From contig CAWFTN010000001.1 of NCBI GenBank assembly GCA_963818925.1, forward strand, positions 3,357,104 to 3,421,103: a stretch of 64,000 nt of DNA, read 5' to 3'. Source of the DNA: Vulcanimicrobiota bacterium. GTDB taxonomy: Bacteria > Vulcanimicrobiota > Vulcanimicrobiia > Vulcanimicrobiales > Vulcanimicrobiaceae. Numbering within the stretch: the stretch's first letter is position 1; each line of letters begins with the position of its first letter. Below, piece by piece: positions 1 through 9,462 of this stretch. The notes beneath the pieces were generated by a model. That model saw only the letters and a program-made list of their open reading frames with translations. It made no database searches and was not told the origin of the DNA. The position numbers and the translations under genes were made by a program.

Positions 1-358
1 GAGCGGCAACCAAACGAGAGTGCCGAGCGAGCACCGGAAAGATCGTTTCAAAGAGCGGGTCGCCGGCGCGCAGATTGATTGCAACCGCGCCGCCGAGATA
101 GCCCGTGAGAAGAATTGCCGCAAATGTGTTCGTCTTCGGGATGATGTACAATACGGTGAGCGCGAGCAAGATCGAACCGACCAACGGTGCTAATTCGATC
201 GGAAATCCGAGTCGCGCGAACGCCTCGACGACCGGCGCGGGTTTGAAGAACTTACCAGCCGCGTCAAAGAGCATGAAAAGAATAACGAGCATTGCAATCG
301 GACGGGCGATCCACAACGCGGCGTTCGAGTTGGTAGGCGACGGAAGAGTTGCCTGCAT
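1..358 (-). CDS. DoxX-family membrane protein, 5'-complete and runs off the window start
   Basis: Minus-strand ATG at 358..356. Translation MQATLPSPTNSNAALWIARPIAMLVILFMLFDAAGKFF...LLTGYLGGAVAINLRAG has DoxX-like hydrophobic helices. It is absent from the ORF track because there is no in-window stop. Confidence 0.6.
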   Translation of the reverse strand, partial: MQATLPSPTNSNAALWIARPIAMLVILFMLFDAAGKFFKPAPVVEAFARLGFPIELAPLVGSILLALTVLYIIPKTNTFAAILLTGYLGGAVAINLRAGDPLFETIFPVLARHSRLVAA

Positions 359-433
359 GTCTCGTTCCTCCAAGATCGCCGGCTCGCGAACGCTACCGGC
401 CCCTCAAAGATAACATCAGCGCTTGTAAAAAGC

Positions 434-454
434 AAGTATTGTTGTAAAATACTT
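434..454. promoter_or_regulatory. Perfect inverted repeat AAGTATT-N7-AATACTT in the AT-rich divergent promoter between DoxX and the VOC gene
   Basis: aagtattgttgtaaaatactt, flanked by a duplicated TTGTAAAA and an AAGGAG RBS before the ATG at 491. Confidence 0.35.
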
Positions 455-490
455 CAAGCACACACGAACCAACATAAGGAGTTAGTAAGG

Positions 491-868
491 ATGTACATAT
501 CGGTTGTGAGTCTCCCTGTGCGCGATATCGATCGCGCGATCGACTTCTATACGAACAAGCTCGGGTGGGAGAAAACGATGGATGCTCCGATGGGCGAGGG
601 CATGCGGTGGGTTACCGTCGCGCCCAAAGGCGGACAAGCATCGTTCACGCTATCGTTAACCGACGAAGCGATTGAAGAACCGGAAAATTTCGTTCGCGTG
701 ATTTTCGAAGTCGACGACGTGACGGCGGCGTGTAACGATTTACAAAGGCGCGGTGTGACGATCTCGGAACCACCGCGCACGGAACCTTGGGGCGGTTGGG
801 CGATGATCAAAGATTCCGAAGGCAATGCGCATGGTCTTCATTCGCCTGCGCCGGTCAGTGTTATGTGA
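491..868 (+). CDS. VOC family (glyoxalase/bleomycin-resistance/dioxygenase fold) protein
   Basis: 125 aa, VSLPVRDIDRAIDFYTNKLGW ... HGLHSP. Typical VOC N- and C-terminal motifs. AAGGAG RBS upstream. Confidence 0.8.
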   Translation: MYISVVSLPVRDIDRAIDFYTNKLGWEKTMDAPMGEGMRWVTVAPKGGQASFTLSLTDEAIEEPENFVRVIFEVDDVTAACNDLQRRGVTISEPPRTEPWGGWAMIKDSEGNAHGLHSPAPVSVM

Positions 869-884
869 TGTGAGATTGCGTTAC

Positions 885-943
885 GCGGTGTTAAGCTAAC
901 ACCGCGGTGCGATGCCATGATGGCGGCATGAGCAATTTGCTCA
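885..943. promoter_or_regulatory. Two perfect palindromes upstream of the large outer-membrane-receptor-like gene
   Basis: CGCGGTGTTAagcTAACACCGCG (885-907) and TGAGCAAtTTGCTCA (929-943). No downstream T-tract, so an operator is more likely than a terminator. Confidence 0.3.
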
Positions 944-973
944 CGCTTCATCAACTCTCGTGAAAGGCATCGC

Positions 974-3900
974 ATGATACGTCAGATCTTTCGACGTACG
1001 GCGACGGCGTTTGCGTTGATTGCGCTCGTTCTCGGCCAGGTAACATGGGCACTGGCCGGCACGACGGGCGGAATTACCGGCGTCGTCACCGAGACGACCG
1101 GAAGTCCAATTGCAGGTGCGTCAGTCAAAATTGTTTCGGCGTCACAAAGCGCCAGTTCAACAAGCGACGCATCGGGACGATTCAACTTCCTCTCACTTGC
1201 ACCGGATACATATACGGTTTCAATTGAGAAGGACGGCTATCAGCCCGTTTCCTATGCGGGCATTACCGTATTTGCGGACAACACCTTGACGTTGTCGTTC
1301 AGAATGGAAAAGGCGCTCAAGACGATTGCGAAAGTGTCGGCAACCTCTGCCGGCTCGCTCGTAAAAGCAGGCGTCGGTTCCGACATCTACAGCGTCAATT
1401 CACAATCGATCACGACCGCGAGCGCGCTCGGCGGCGGTGGTAACTTGAACAGTGCGTACTCGGCGATTTCGTCGGTACCCGGTGTTACCGTTCCGTCGGG
1501 CGGCATGGGATGGAATCAACCCACGTACGTTCGAGGTTCTCAAGCGTTCTTCACCGGATTTGAATACGACGGTATCCCCGTCAACCGCGCGTTCGACAAC
1601 TACAACTCGTCGACCGAATCGAATCTCGGATTGCAAGAACTGCAAGTCTACACCGGTGGCGGCCCCTCGTCGTCATCATCGGCCGGCACGTCGGGATTCA
1701 TCAACCAGGTTTTCAAGACCGGAACGTATCCCGGTTACCTCGATCTCTCAGGTGGCATCGGGTCGACCACGTTCTATCATCAGGCCAAGGTTGAAGCGGG
1801 CGGCGCAACACCGGACCGCCGGTTCAGCTACTACGTTGGACTGAGCGGATACAATCAAGATTTCCGCTTTGTCAATAACGACAACGGCGGTTCGATGGCG
1901 AACGATCCGACCGGAATCTACACCGGTCAGAGTTTCGTTCAAGTCGGTCCGCAATTGATCAACGGCACGCCGCGTTCGGAAACGCCGGAATGTCTTCCGG
2001 GTACCGGTACAACGCCGGCCTCCGTTGCAAATTTGCCGTGGCTAGCGCCGGATCTCGGCGGTTCCACGAATAACTGCTACGTGCCGTTCAACGGCCTCTA
2101 CGGGAACCCGCAGGCCGTGCCCGCGCAGATCGCGGATCGCGAAAACATCGTCAACTTCCACTTCCGCATTCCGCAGAAGAACGGAACGTCCGACGACATT
2201 CAACTGCTCGGCAGCACGTCGATGTTGAACACGCAGTTCTATACGAGCCCAAACGACGCGGGCGGTTATGCTCCGTACACCACGGCGCTCTTTGGAAATT
2301 CGTATTGCAATCCAGCGACCAGCGTCGAGGCAAGCGGTGCGGCATGCACGCCGACGCCGTATGTCAACTACCCGGCCTACGTCGACGCGACGATCTACAA
2401 CGCGCCGTTCGGAACGCCGATCAAAAACCTGTCGACGTCGCAATACTACCAGCCGAGTAGTCCGACGAACCGGGGATTCCAATCCCAGATTCCGGCCGAC
2501 CAGCGCGACGCGATCATGAACGACACCGGCATCGTCAAATTGCAATATACGCACCAGTTTTCGAGCAATGCGTTCGCTCGCGTCTTCGGATACACGTTCT
2601 TCTCCGATTGGACGCAAGCAGGAGCGAACTCATCGCAAGACTGCTATCTCAACGGCGGAATCGGGCCGTGCTTTTCCGGCGTTGCGGCAAACTACGATCT
2701 GATCACGCACACCGGCGGCGGACAGCTCGAGTTCGTCGATCAATTAACGAGCCAACACCTGTTGCAGTTAACGGCGAACTACACGACCGCCAACGTCGTT
2801 CGTTTCAACAATACAGGCTTCACGAATCTCGCCTCGCCGATCGGCATCGTCAGCCAGTCGGCCGGCAAATTCTCGTGCTGGAATGAACAGCCGGGTACAC
2901 CGCAATACGACAGCACCGTACCGTGCGTACCGAGTGGAAGCGCATTTAACCAGTGGGGATCGGATGCGGCCGCCGGCGCGTACAACGGCGGTGCGCTTGG
3001 CCCCAACGCTACAGCGGCAGGCGCGAATTGGGTGACGCTCTGGAACGGAGACGCCTCCGGCACACTCAATACCGTAAAGCCGCAGTTTGGGTTCGTCGCG
3101 CTGAGCGATCAGTGGCGCCCGAACGACCGGTTGTTGCTCAACGCGCAAGTGCGATATGAGGACTACCAGTACGGGCTCGTATCGAATCCGGGAACACCGA
3201 CCGACTTCTACGCGCAGATCATCTCGAACGACGTGTGTCAAAACGCATCGGGGACGGTGCTGACGAAGCCGTTGGTTCCGGGCGCGCCGCCGCCTGCACC
3301 GGTGATCTATACGCCGAGCTGTGCCGCGGGCACGGTGGTTGCGGGATATCCCAACGGAATTCCGGCAGGGTATGCGCATCCGACGTTCTCCGCGATCTCA
3401 CCGTCGTCGTATACGATCCAGGATGTTTCGCCGCGACTCTCCGCAACTTACACGCAATCGCCGGATACCGTGTGGCGTGGTTCGATCGGCCGATTCACGG
3501 AACCGCCGATCTCTGCGTCGCTTCAGTATCTCAACGCATCCGGCAATTCACTCTCAACGTGGAACGCGACGTTGCCGCTCGGCTTCACCACTCCGTTCCA
3601 TCCGATTCCGCCGATGAATGCGACGCAAGCAGATCTCTCGCTCGAGCATCACATCCACGGAACCGACATGAGCTTCAAGATCTCCCCATTCTACAACTAC
3701 ACGAACGGGTATCAAGAACAGTCGTTCATCGGCCCGAATTTCGTGACGCAAGCTCCGGTGGGCAATTTTAAGTCGGTCGGTGCCGAACTGGCATTCACCA
3801 AAGGCGACTTCGCAAAGGACGGTCTCTCGACGCAAATCGCGTTGACGTATACCGATGCGAAGGTCCAATACACGAACTGGTTCGGGTCGAATCAGCTCAA

Positions 3901-4798
3901 CGCCGTCAATCAGGCGATCAGCCAATTCAACGTGTTGACCAAGGGCGGCGGCGGTTCGCCGTTCTACTGCTCCGGGGGTAAAGACGCGGCCGGAAACCCG
4001 AGCCCCGGTGTCTCGGCGCCGAATTGCGCCGCAGCCGGCGGTATCGCGGTTACCAATCCGTACTACAACATGAGCCAACAGGCGTTGCTCAATACGGGCG
4101 GCTGGTATGCACCTGGTGACACCGGCCTCTCGCCCACGAACAATCCATCGACGACCTATTACGACTCGCCGTGGAACTTGCAGTGGCTTCTGAATTATCG
4201 TAAGCAGAAGTTCGCGACCACGTTCTCCGTCAGCGTCGTGGAAGGTGCATCGTACGGCGGTCCGCTCGACGTCGTCGGTATCGACCCCCGCGTTTGCACG
4301 GCAAACGCTACGACGTCCGGGATCGTACTGGCATCGCCGAAGACCGATCCGTTTGCGTGCGACGCGTTGACGGCAGCCGGCACGTTCTCGAACGCCGCCG
4401 GTCAACTGTTCATCCCGAATCCGCAGACGGGTTCGTTCGCACCTCCTGGTGCATATCGCAACCCGTGGGTGATGGTCGGAAACCTGTCGTTCACGTACGA
4501 TATGTCGCCGCGAATCTCTGCGAACGTGACGCTCGCGAATTTGTTCCACAGCTGCTTCGGCGGAACGAAAGCGGCCTGGACGAACGCGTTCGGACCGTCG
4601 CCATGGACCTGCGGGTATCAAGCCAACGGCAACTACGTCTCGAACTTCTACAACGGTACGAGTCCGTTCGACACTGCTGCGAACGGCTTCACGCCGCCGG
4701 CGTTTGAGACGCAGTCGTATCGCCCGTTCACGTTCAACGATGCCGGTAGTGTACCGTCGCCGTTCAACGTGTTCTTCCAGCTCACCGTGAAGATCTAG
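974..4798 (+). CDS. Large secreted outer-membrane protein: carboxypeptidase-regulatory-like domain plus TonB-dependent-receptor plug/barrel-like region
   Basis: 1274 aa. Signal peptide AFALIALVLGQVTWALAG. N-terminal TGVVTETTGSPIAGASVKIV...YTVSIEKDGYQP is a CarboxypepD_reg-like motif. It is followed by a plug-like GSDIYSVNSQSITTASALGGGGNLNSAYSAISSVPGV and a long Gly/Asn/Thr-rich beta-rich body, as seen in Acidobacteria giant TBDR-like proteins. Confidence 0.6.
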   Translation: MIRQIFRRTATAFALIALVLGQVTWALAGTTGGITGVVTETTGSPIAGASVKIVSASQSASSTSDASGRFNFLSLAPDTYTVSIEKDGYQPVSYAGITVFADNTLTLSFRMEKALKTIAKVSATSAGSLVKAGVGSDIYSVNSQSITTASALGGGGNLNSAYSAISSVPGVTVPSGGMGWNQPTYVRGSQAFFTGFEYDGIPVNRAFDNYNSSTESNLGLQELQVYTGGGPSSSSSAGTSGFINQVFKTGTYPGYLDLSGGIGSTTFYHQAKVEAGGATPDRRFSYYVGLSGYNQDFRFVNNDNGGSMANDPTGIYTGQSFVQVGPQLINGTPRSETPECLPGTGTTPASVANLPWLAPDLGGSTNNCYVPFNGLYGNPQAVPAQIADRENIVNFHFRIPQKNGTSDDIQLLGSTSMLNTQFYTSPNDAGGYAPYTTALFGNSYCNPATSVEASGAACTPTPYVNYPAYVDATIYNAPFGTPIKNLSTSQYYQPSSPTNRGFQSQIPADQRDAIMNDTGIVKLQYTHQFSSNAFARVFGYTFFSDWTQAGANSSQDCYLNGGIGPCFSGVAANYDLITHTGGGQLEFVDQLTSQHLLQLTANYTTANVVRFNNTGFTNLASPIGIVSQSAGKFSCWNEQPGTPQYDSTVPCVPSGSAFNQWGSDAAAGAYNGGALGPNATAAGANWVTLWNGDASGTLNTVKPQFGFVALSDQWRPNDRLLLNAQVRYEDYQYGLVSNPGTPTDFYAQIISNDVCQNASGTVLTKPLVPGAPPPAPVIYTPSCAAGTVVAGYPNGIPAGYAHPTFSAISPSSYTIQDVSPRLSATYTQSPDTVWRGSIGRFTEPPISASLQYLNASGNSLSTWNATLPLGFTTPFHPIPPMNATQADLSLEHHIHGTDMSFKISPFYNYTNGYQEQSFIGPNFVTQAPVGNFKSVGAELAFTKGDFAKDGLSTQIALTYTDAKVQYTNWFGSNQLNAVNQAISQFNVLTKGGGGSPFYCSGGKDAAGNPSPGVSAPNCAAAGGIAVTNPYYNMSQQALLNTGGWYAPGDTGLSPTNNPSTTYYDSPWNLQWLLNYRKQKFATTFSVSVVEGASYGGPLDVVGIDPRVCTANATTSGIVLASPKTDPFACDALTAAGTFSNAAGQLFIPNPQTGSFAPPGAYRNPWVMVGNLSFTYDMSPRISANVTLANLFHSCFGGTKAAWTNAFGPSPWTCGYQANGNYVSNFYNGTSPFDTAANGFTPPAFETQSYRPFTFNDAGSVPSPFNVFFQLTVKI

Positions 4799-4851
4799 GT
4801 GTTGAATCGTGTGAAGCGGAAGCATGGGAAGTATGTCACATTGTTCTGGGA

Positions 4852-5952
4852 GTGAGTGATATACATCCCGAACGCACGGAAACCGTGCAGGCATTGGGCG
4901 CCGAACGCCATCGCGCGCCCAATGCCTTGTTTTTTGTCTTAGCGCTTGTGCTCTGTGCGCTGACGAGCGGATCATCGATGCCGTCGTTCGACGGCGCGAC
5001 GCAATGGATCTCATCGCCGCCGCTCACGCCGGCAGAACTCCGCGGCAAAATCGTGCTCGTCGATTTCTGGGAGTACACGTGCTTGAATTGTTTGCGCACG
5101 TTACCGTATCTGCGTGAATGGTACAAACGCTACAACTCTGACGGTCTCGTGATCGTCGGCGTCCACACGCCGGAATTCACGTTTTCTTCCGAATCGAAAG
5201 AAGTTGCCGATGCGACGAAGCGGCTCGACGTCGGCTGGCCGGTGGCCGTCGACGCTCGCCGGACGATTTGGAACCGCTACGGTATCAACGTCTGGCCGAC
5301 GGAGATGCTCTTCGATCAACAAGGGCGACTCGTCGAGACCCAGGTCGGTGAAGGCAACTATCCGCAAACCGAACGGAACATTCAGTCGTTGATCCACGCG
5401 CAGAACAAGAACGCCATGCTGCCGCAACCGATGGCGCTTTTGCCGCAAGATAGTTACGATAAGCCCGGTGCGGTGTGCTATCCGCATACGCCGGAGGTGC
5501 TGATCGAAAACACGCCGGTTGCGGATGCGCCCCAATTCGGCAATCCTTCGGAAGATATCTCGTACGTGGATCGTACGGCGCATAAAGACGGCGGCGTGTA
5601 TCTCGACGGCTATTGGCACGCGACGAAAGAAGCGCTCATCTTCGGCGGCGGGAGCGGATACTTTTTGATGCCCTACCGGGCGATCGAAGTGACGACGGTG
5701 CTGACACCGCAACACGGCGCGACTCGCGTCAACATCCTGCAAGACGATAAATCGCTCGCGCGCGGCGACGCTGGTGCAGACGTTCGCTTCGATGCGTCCG
5801 GGACGTCATACGTCAAGGTAGATGCGTCGCGCGCGTATCGTATCGTTATGAACGCGCATTACGGCGCGCACGAGCTCAAGCTCGTGCCGCAAGGACCGGG
5901 CGTCGCGGTTTACGACGTCGCTTTTGAGTCGTGCGAAATTCCGTCTAAATAA
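4852..5952 (+). CDS. Thioredoxin-like (TlpA/DipZ C-terminal-like) thiol-disulfide oxidoreductase with extra C-terminal domain
   Basis: Signal/TM segment FFVLALVLCALTSG. LVDFWEYTCLNCLRTLPYLREWYKRY is a CxxC redoxin motif. Confidence 0.7.
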   Translation: MSDIHPERTETVQALGAERHRAPNALFFVLALVLCALTSGSSMPSFDGATQWISSPPLTPAELRGKIVLVDFWEYTCLNCLRTLPYLREWYKRYNSDGLVIVGVHTPEFTFSSESKEVADATKRLDVGWPVAVDARRTIWNRYGINVWPTEMLFDQQGRLVETQVGEGNYPQTERNIQSLIHAQNKNAMLPQPMALLPQDSYDKPGAVCYPHTPEVLIENTPVADAPQFGNPSEDISYVDRTAHKDGGVYLDGYWHATKEALIFGGGSGYFLMPYRAIEVTTVLTPQHGATRVNILQDDKSLARGDAGADVRFDASGTSYVKVDASRAYRIVMNAHYGAHELKLVPQGPGVAVYDVAFESCEIPSK

Positions 5953-7370
5953 AAGGGACGCCCGCTGCGCCGGCACTCCCAGCACAATTCGACCTGATAG
6001 ATCTCGCGCACGCGCCGAATCTTCAGCTCGGTTCCGCAGCGATCGCATTGTTGAGGACGCCCTTGCTCGATTGCCGCAATGAGCGCCGGGTCGTGTTGCT
6101 GCAGCGGTGCATACATCGGATCCACGAGGGTGAGGAAGAGGCCCGGCTCCCGGGTGTGCAAGGCATGTTCGAGCGTGACGCCGGCCGCCGTGCGGTCGTT
6201 CATCGCGAGTTCCACCGCGCACAGCGAAACGTGCGACGGAATGGCCACCGAACGAAGCGTCGCGATCGCTCGCCTCGCGCTCGTCGTATCACCCCGCTTC
6301 GCTGCAATGTATCCGCGGGCAGCGATGACGCGCGTCGACATATCGCTGCCGCCGATGGTCGAGAGCATCTCGTCCGCTTTTCGGTATTCGCCTTCCATCG
6401 CGTATGCGCACGCGTCGTAAAACACCGCCATCGCATGACTGCGATCGAGCGCGTTCGCCGTTTCAAACGCGCGGTGTGCTTCGTCGTAACGTCGTGCCAT
6501 GTAGAGCGCCGTGCCGAAGAGCGCGGTCGAAAACGAGGATGCGGGGTCGGCGGTCACCGCAAGATCGGCTTGCGTCAACGCACCGACGAAGTCGCGGCGC
6601 GAGAGACGCTCCCAAACCGCGGCAGTGTGCCCGACCGATGCGTTCGGAGCGAGAAGAATCGCGCGCTCGGCGGCGAGCCGCGCGTCGTTACGATTTGCGT
6701 TGAAGAAGAGCAGCAGCGTGCTAAGCGTTGCGAATGCCCGCGATGAAGACGGATCGATGGTGATGACACGTTCGATCAACATGCGGGCGCGCCAATAGGC
6801 GTGCTCCGGCGAATAAAACAGGCGGATCCCGGCGTTACAATACGCGGCCGCGAGCGTTTCAAGAGCGGGAACGTATTCCGGCTCTTCCTCGCACGCACGT
6901 TCCAATAATTCGATCGCCTCGAGAACTGCGCGCTCGTTGCGCTTCCGGTAGAGCGCAACGGCTTTCTGAAAAAGCGAAAATGCCGGTCGCAGCGCGTCGG
7001 GACGATGTTTGCGCGCGTCGATCGGTGATTCGCCCGCTAGGCGAAAGCCGCGTTCCGGGACCGTTTCGATATACGGTGACGAATCGTAGCGCGCGAGCGT
7101 TTGGCGAAGACGATACACTGTTTGATTGAGTGCCGCATCGCTGGCAGAGCCGATCCATAAGCGCTCGATGATTTCATCGCGCGAGGCGATATCGGGGCGG
7201 CGCTCGCCGAGAACGGCGAGAAACTCCGCCTCTTTCGGCTTCAGCGTAACGGGTAGCCCGTCATACCACAGCTTGCGCTGCGTAAGGTGGAAGATGAAGC
7301 GCCCGAAGGAGACCTGCGTAAACAACGTATAAGCGACGAGCGGCGCATGAAAAGTGTGACAAAATTTCAT
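5910..7370 (-). CDS. Winged-helix (OmpR/PhoB-type trans_reg_C) DNA-binding protein with TPR repeats and C-terminal Cys4 zinc ribbon
   Basis: N-terminal LWYDGLPVTLKPKEAEFLAVL...VYRLRQTL...ETVPERGFRL. Central TPR-like helices. C-terminal CDRCGTELK...CWECRR. Confidence 0.65.
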   Translation of the reverse strand: MKFCHTFHAPLVAYTLFTQVSFGRFIFHLTQRKLWYDGLPVTLKPKEAEFLAVLGERRPDIASRDEIIERLWIGSASDAALNQTVYRLRQTLARYDSSPYIETVPERGFRLAGESPIDARKHRPDALRPAFSLFQKAVALYRKRNERAVLEAIELLERACEEEPEYVPALETLAAAYCNAGIRLFYSPEHAYWRARMLIERVITIDPSSSRAFATLSTLLLFFNANRNDARLAAERAILLAPNASVGHTAAVWERLSRRDFVGALTQADLAVTADPASSFSTALFGTALYMARRYDEAHRAFETANALDRSHAMAVFYDACAYAMEGEYRKADEMLSTIGGSDMSTRVIAARGYIAAKRGDTTSARRAIATLRSVAIPSHVSLCAVELAMNDRTAAGVTLEHALHTREPGLFLTLVDPMYAPLQQHDPALIAAIEQGRPQQCDRCGTELKIRRVREIYQVELCWECRRSGRPFYLDGISHDSKATS

Positions 7371-7398
7371 GAACGGCTAACACGACATAACATCGCCG

Positions 7399-7965
7399 GT
7401 GCAACTGATGTTAAGAGACGTTATGCGCGCCGGCGCGTCGCTGTGGCATACTTGCAAGGTGATACAGTGGTTGCGACTATGGCGCGCAATGGCGGCTGCT
7501 TCGGCCGCCGGCTTGGTCGCAATTACCGTTTATCTCGTGGTGGAGCGTTCGATCGCGACGGGGATCTCCGTCGTCGTTGCGACCGAGCAACTGTTGCAGT
7601 GGGATGCCTCCAACGGCTACGGCCGGGCTGCGTTTTTCGGAGGTTGGAGCCTTGCCACGATCGGACTTCTAATGGATGCCGTCGTCTCGACGTGCTGGGC
7701 CGCGCTCTTCGTGCTGCTCTACATCGCGGTGCCGCAAATTCGCCGGAACCTCACGCTCTACGGGCTTCTGTTCGGCGCGCTCGTTATGTGCATGATGATC
7801 TACATCGTCGTTCCGATCGGCCATGCGACGCCGGCACCCCGCACGCTTGCGTCGACCATTAACGTTCTCATCGCGCACACGGTCTTTTTTGGACTACCGC
7901 TCGCCTATGTTGCGGCGGCGGTGCTTCGGCCGCAATCATACGAAGCTTCGGAAACACGCATCTAA
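7399..7965 (+). CDS. Hypothetical polytopic membrane protein
   Basis: Four or five hydrophobic helices (LVAITVYLVVE, WSLATIGLLMDAVV, ALFVLLYIAV, LFGALVMCMMIYIVVPIG, VFFGLPLAYVAAAV). The true start is probably internal, because the first ATG is only 28 bp from the divergent regulator start. Confidence 0.45.
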   Translation: MQLMLRDVMRAGASLWHTCKVIQWLRLWRAMAAASAAGLVAITVYLVVERSIATGISVVVATEQLLQWDASNGYGRAAFFGGWSLATIGLLMDAVVSTCWAALFVLLYIAVPQIRRNLTLYGLLFGALVMCMMIYIVVPIGHATPAPRTLASTINVLIAHTVFFGLPLAYVAAAVLRPQSYEASETRI

Positions 7966-8003
7966 CGCATAGGCATGATAAAGCGTGCGCTTGGTAATGC
8001 GGG

Positions 8004-9089
8004 TCATCCGAGCGATCGAAGCGCGTCGTCCAGCTCGAAAAGAATCGATTCGATGATCTTCGCGGCAGGCGCCTCGCGAGCGAGCGGAAACGCCTGGCCC
8101 GCCCAGAGCGAAAGAAACTCGGCTCGCCCTTGCGCTGCTGCCGCCTTGCGAATGTCGCGCGTCATGATGTTTTGATGCGGATACGGAGCGCGCTCGTGCG
8201 GATCGGCGAGTTCGCGCGTCATTCGATTCGCGATGCCGCGCGCGGGTTTGCCGGAAAAGGCCTCGGTAACGAGCGTGTCGGCGGCAGACGCGTGCTTCAA
8301 CGCGTCACGATAGGCGCGCGATGTTCCCGCTTCACTTGCGAGTAAGAACGCGGTACCGAGTTGCGCCGCGGACGCGCCAAGCCCCAGTATTGCCGCAACC
8401 CCGCGTCCGTCGCCGATACCGCCCGCGCCGATGACCGGTACGCGGACGGCGTCGACAACTTGCGGGATGAGTGCGAGCGTTCCAATTAGCGGCAGCACGT
8501 CATAGTGAAGAAAGGTGCCGCGGTGGCCACCGGCTTCCGCTCCTTGGACGCACACGGCATCGATGCCGGCGTGCTCCAACGCGACGGCTTCTTCGACCGT
8601 CGTCGCCGTTCCGATCGTGTAGATGCCCGCCTCTCTCAATTCCGCGATAACGGTATCCGGCGGAATCCCGAGCGTGAAGCTGAACGCTGTGGGGCGCGTT
8701 TCAAGGACGATGCGCAGTTGTTCGTCGTGATACGCCGGCGGTGACGGCGGCAACTCGTTTCGCGGCACGCCGAGTTCGTCACGATAGACGTGCAGACGCT
8801 GATGCGCGCGCTGAAGATCGGCGGCAGGGACCTCCGGTGGATCGTTGTCGATGAAAAGATTGAGTCCGAACGGTTTCGTGGTGAGCGCGCGCAGGCGCGC
8901 GACGTCGCTGCGCATCCGTTCGGGGTCGCTGTATTGGCATGCGAGAAATCCGAACGCGCGAGCGTTGCAAGCGGCGGCGGTGAGTTCCACCGTGCCGGGG
9001 CCGCCGAGCGGGGCGAGGACGATCGGCGTTTCAAGAAACGGAATCGCTCGGTTCATGTCCATGTGCGGCGTATCGTACACCCGCCGCAT
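8004..9089 (-). CDS. Nitronate monooxygenase (NMO, 2-nitropropane dioxygenase family, FMN TIM barrel)
   Basis: 361 aa. PIVLAPLGGPGT, GIDAVCVQGAEAGGHRG and VPVIGAGGIGDGRG are hallmark NMO motifs. Confidence 0.85.
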   Translation of the reverse strand: MRRVYDTPHMDMNRAIPFLETPIVLAPLGGPGTVELTAAACNARAFGFLACQYSDPERMRSDVARLRALTTKPFGLNLFIDNDPPEVPAADLQRAHQRLHVYRDELGVPRNELPPSPPAYHDEQLRIVLETRPTAFSFTLGIPPDTVIAELREAGIYTIGTATTVEEAVALEHAGIDAVCVQGAEAGGHRGTFLHYDVLPLIGTLALIPQVVDAVRVPVIGAGGIGDGRGVAAILGLGASAAQLGTAFLLASEAGTSRAYRDALKHASAADTLVTEAFSGKPARGIANRMTRELADPHERAPYPHQNIMTRDIRKAAAAQGRAEFLSLWAGQAFPLAREAPAAKIIESILFELDDALRSLG

Positions 9090-9351
9090 GCACGGGTGTA
9101 CGACACAAGGCGCATACTTCGCGACTACGTTCGAGCATTAGCGCAGCATGCGCGGTCCCCAACCGCCGAACAGATTCGTATCTTCTTGCGTGGTCGAAAT
9201 GACGCGGGCGCGGCGAGTTTCGAGAATCAATCCGGGCGACGGGGTCTTGGGCGACGGCGTGTACATTTACGTTCCTTTGAATCGAGGTGTGAAGCACGAT
9301 TGCTCACGTGACGATCCTCGCAAAACGCACCGAACCGCAACACCAACACCC

Positions 9352-9382
9352 ACACAACGCGCTCACATATGTGATGTTGTGT
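9352..9382. promoter_or_regulatory. Inverted repeat ACACAAC-N17-GTTGTGT with nested CACATATGTG palindrome upstream of the XRE-STAND gene
   Basis: Seen in the 370-bp intergenic region 9090-9462. Candidate autoregulatory operator for the HTH_XRE protein. Confidence 0.3.
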
Positions 9383-9462
9383 TGCCCGCTCGCTTGGCAC
9401 GTGTAACAGCACGAAAAGTTGACCTTCATCATCAATTCACACTTTCGGGCGAGTATGGCCGC

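Noticed and set aside
190-435. 81-aa minus-strand ORF in the ORF track
   Set aside because: It is an out-of-frame shadow of the DoxX gene occupying the same strand and interval. Its Arg/Ser-rich composition is typical of wrong-frame GC-rich translation.
3554-5014. 486-aa antisense ORF inside the TBDR-like gene (and similar long Arg-rich ORFs such as 13224-15671, 2042-2617, 10622-11542 and 38692-39582)
   Set aside because: These are long stop-free shadow frames typical of 65% GC DNA. They are extremely Arg/Ala/Val-rich with no domains, and they fully overlap well-supported genes on the other strand.
9148-9462. 5' extension of the STAND regulator ORF (track start 9148)
   Set aside because: The extension has a Pro/Arg/Thr-rich, palindrome-laden sequence and no domain. 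The HTH_XRE domain begins right after the internal ATG at 9463, so the extension is treated as leader or regulatory DNA.
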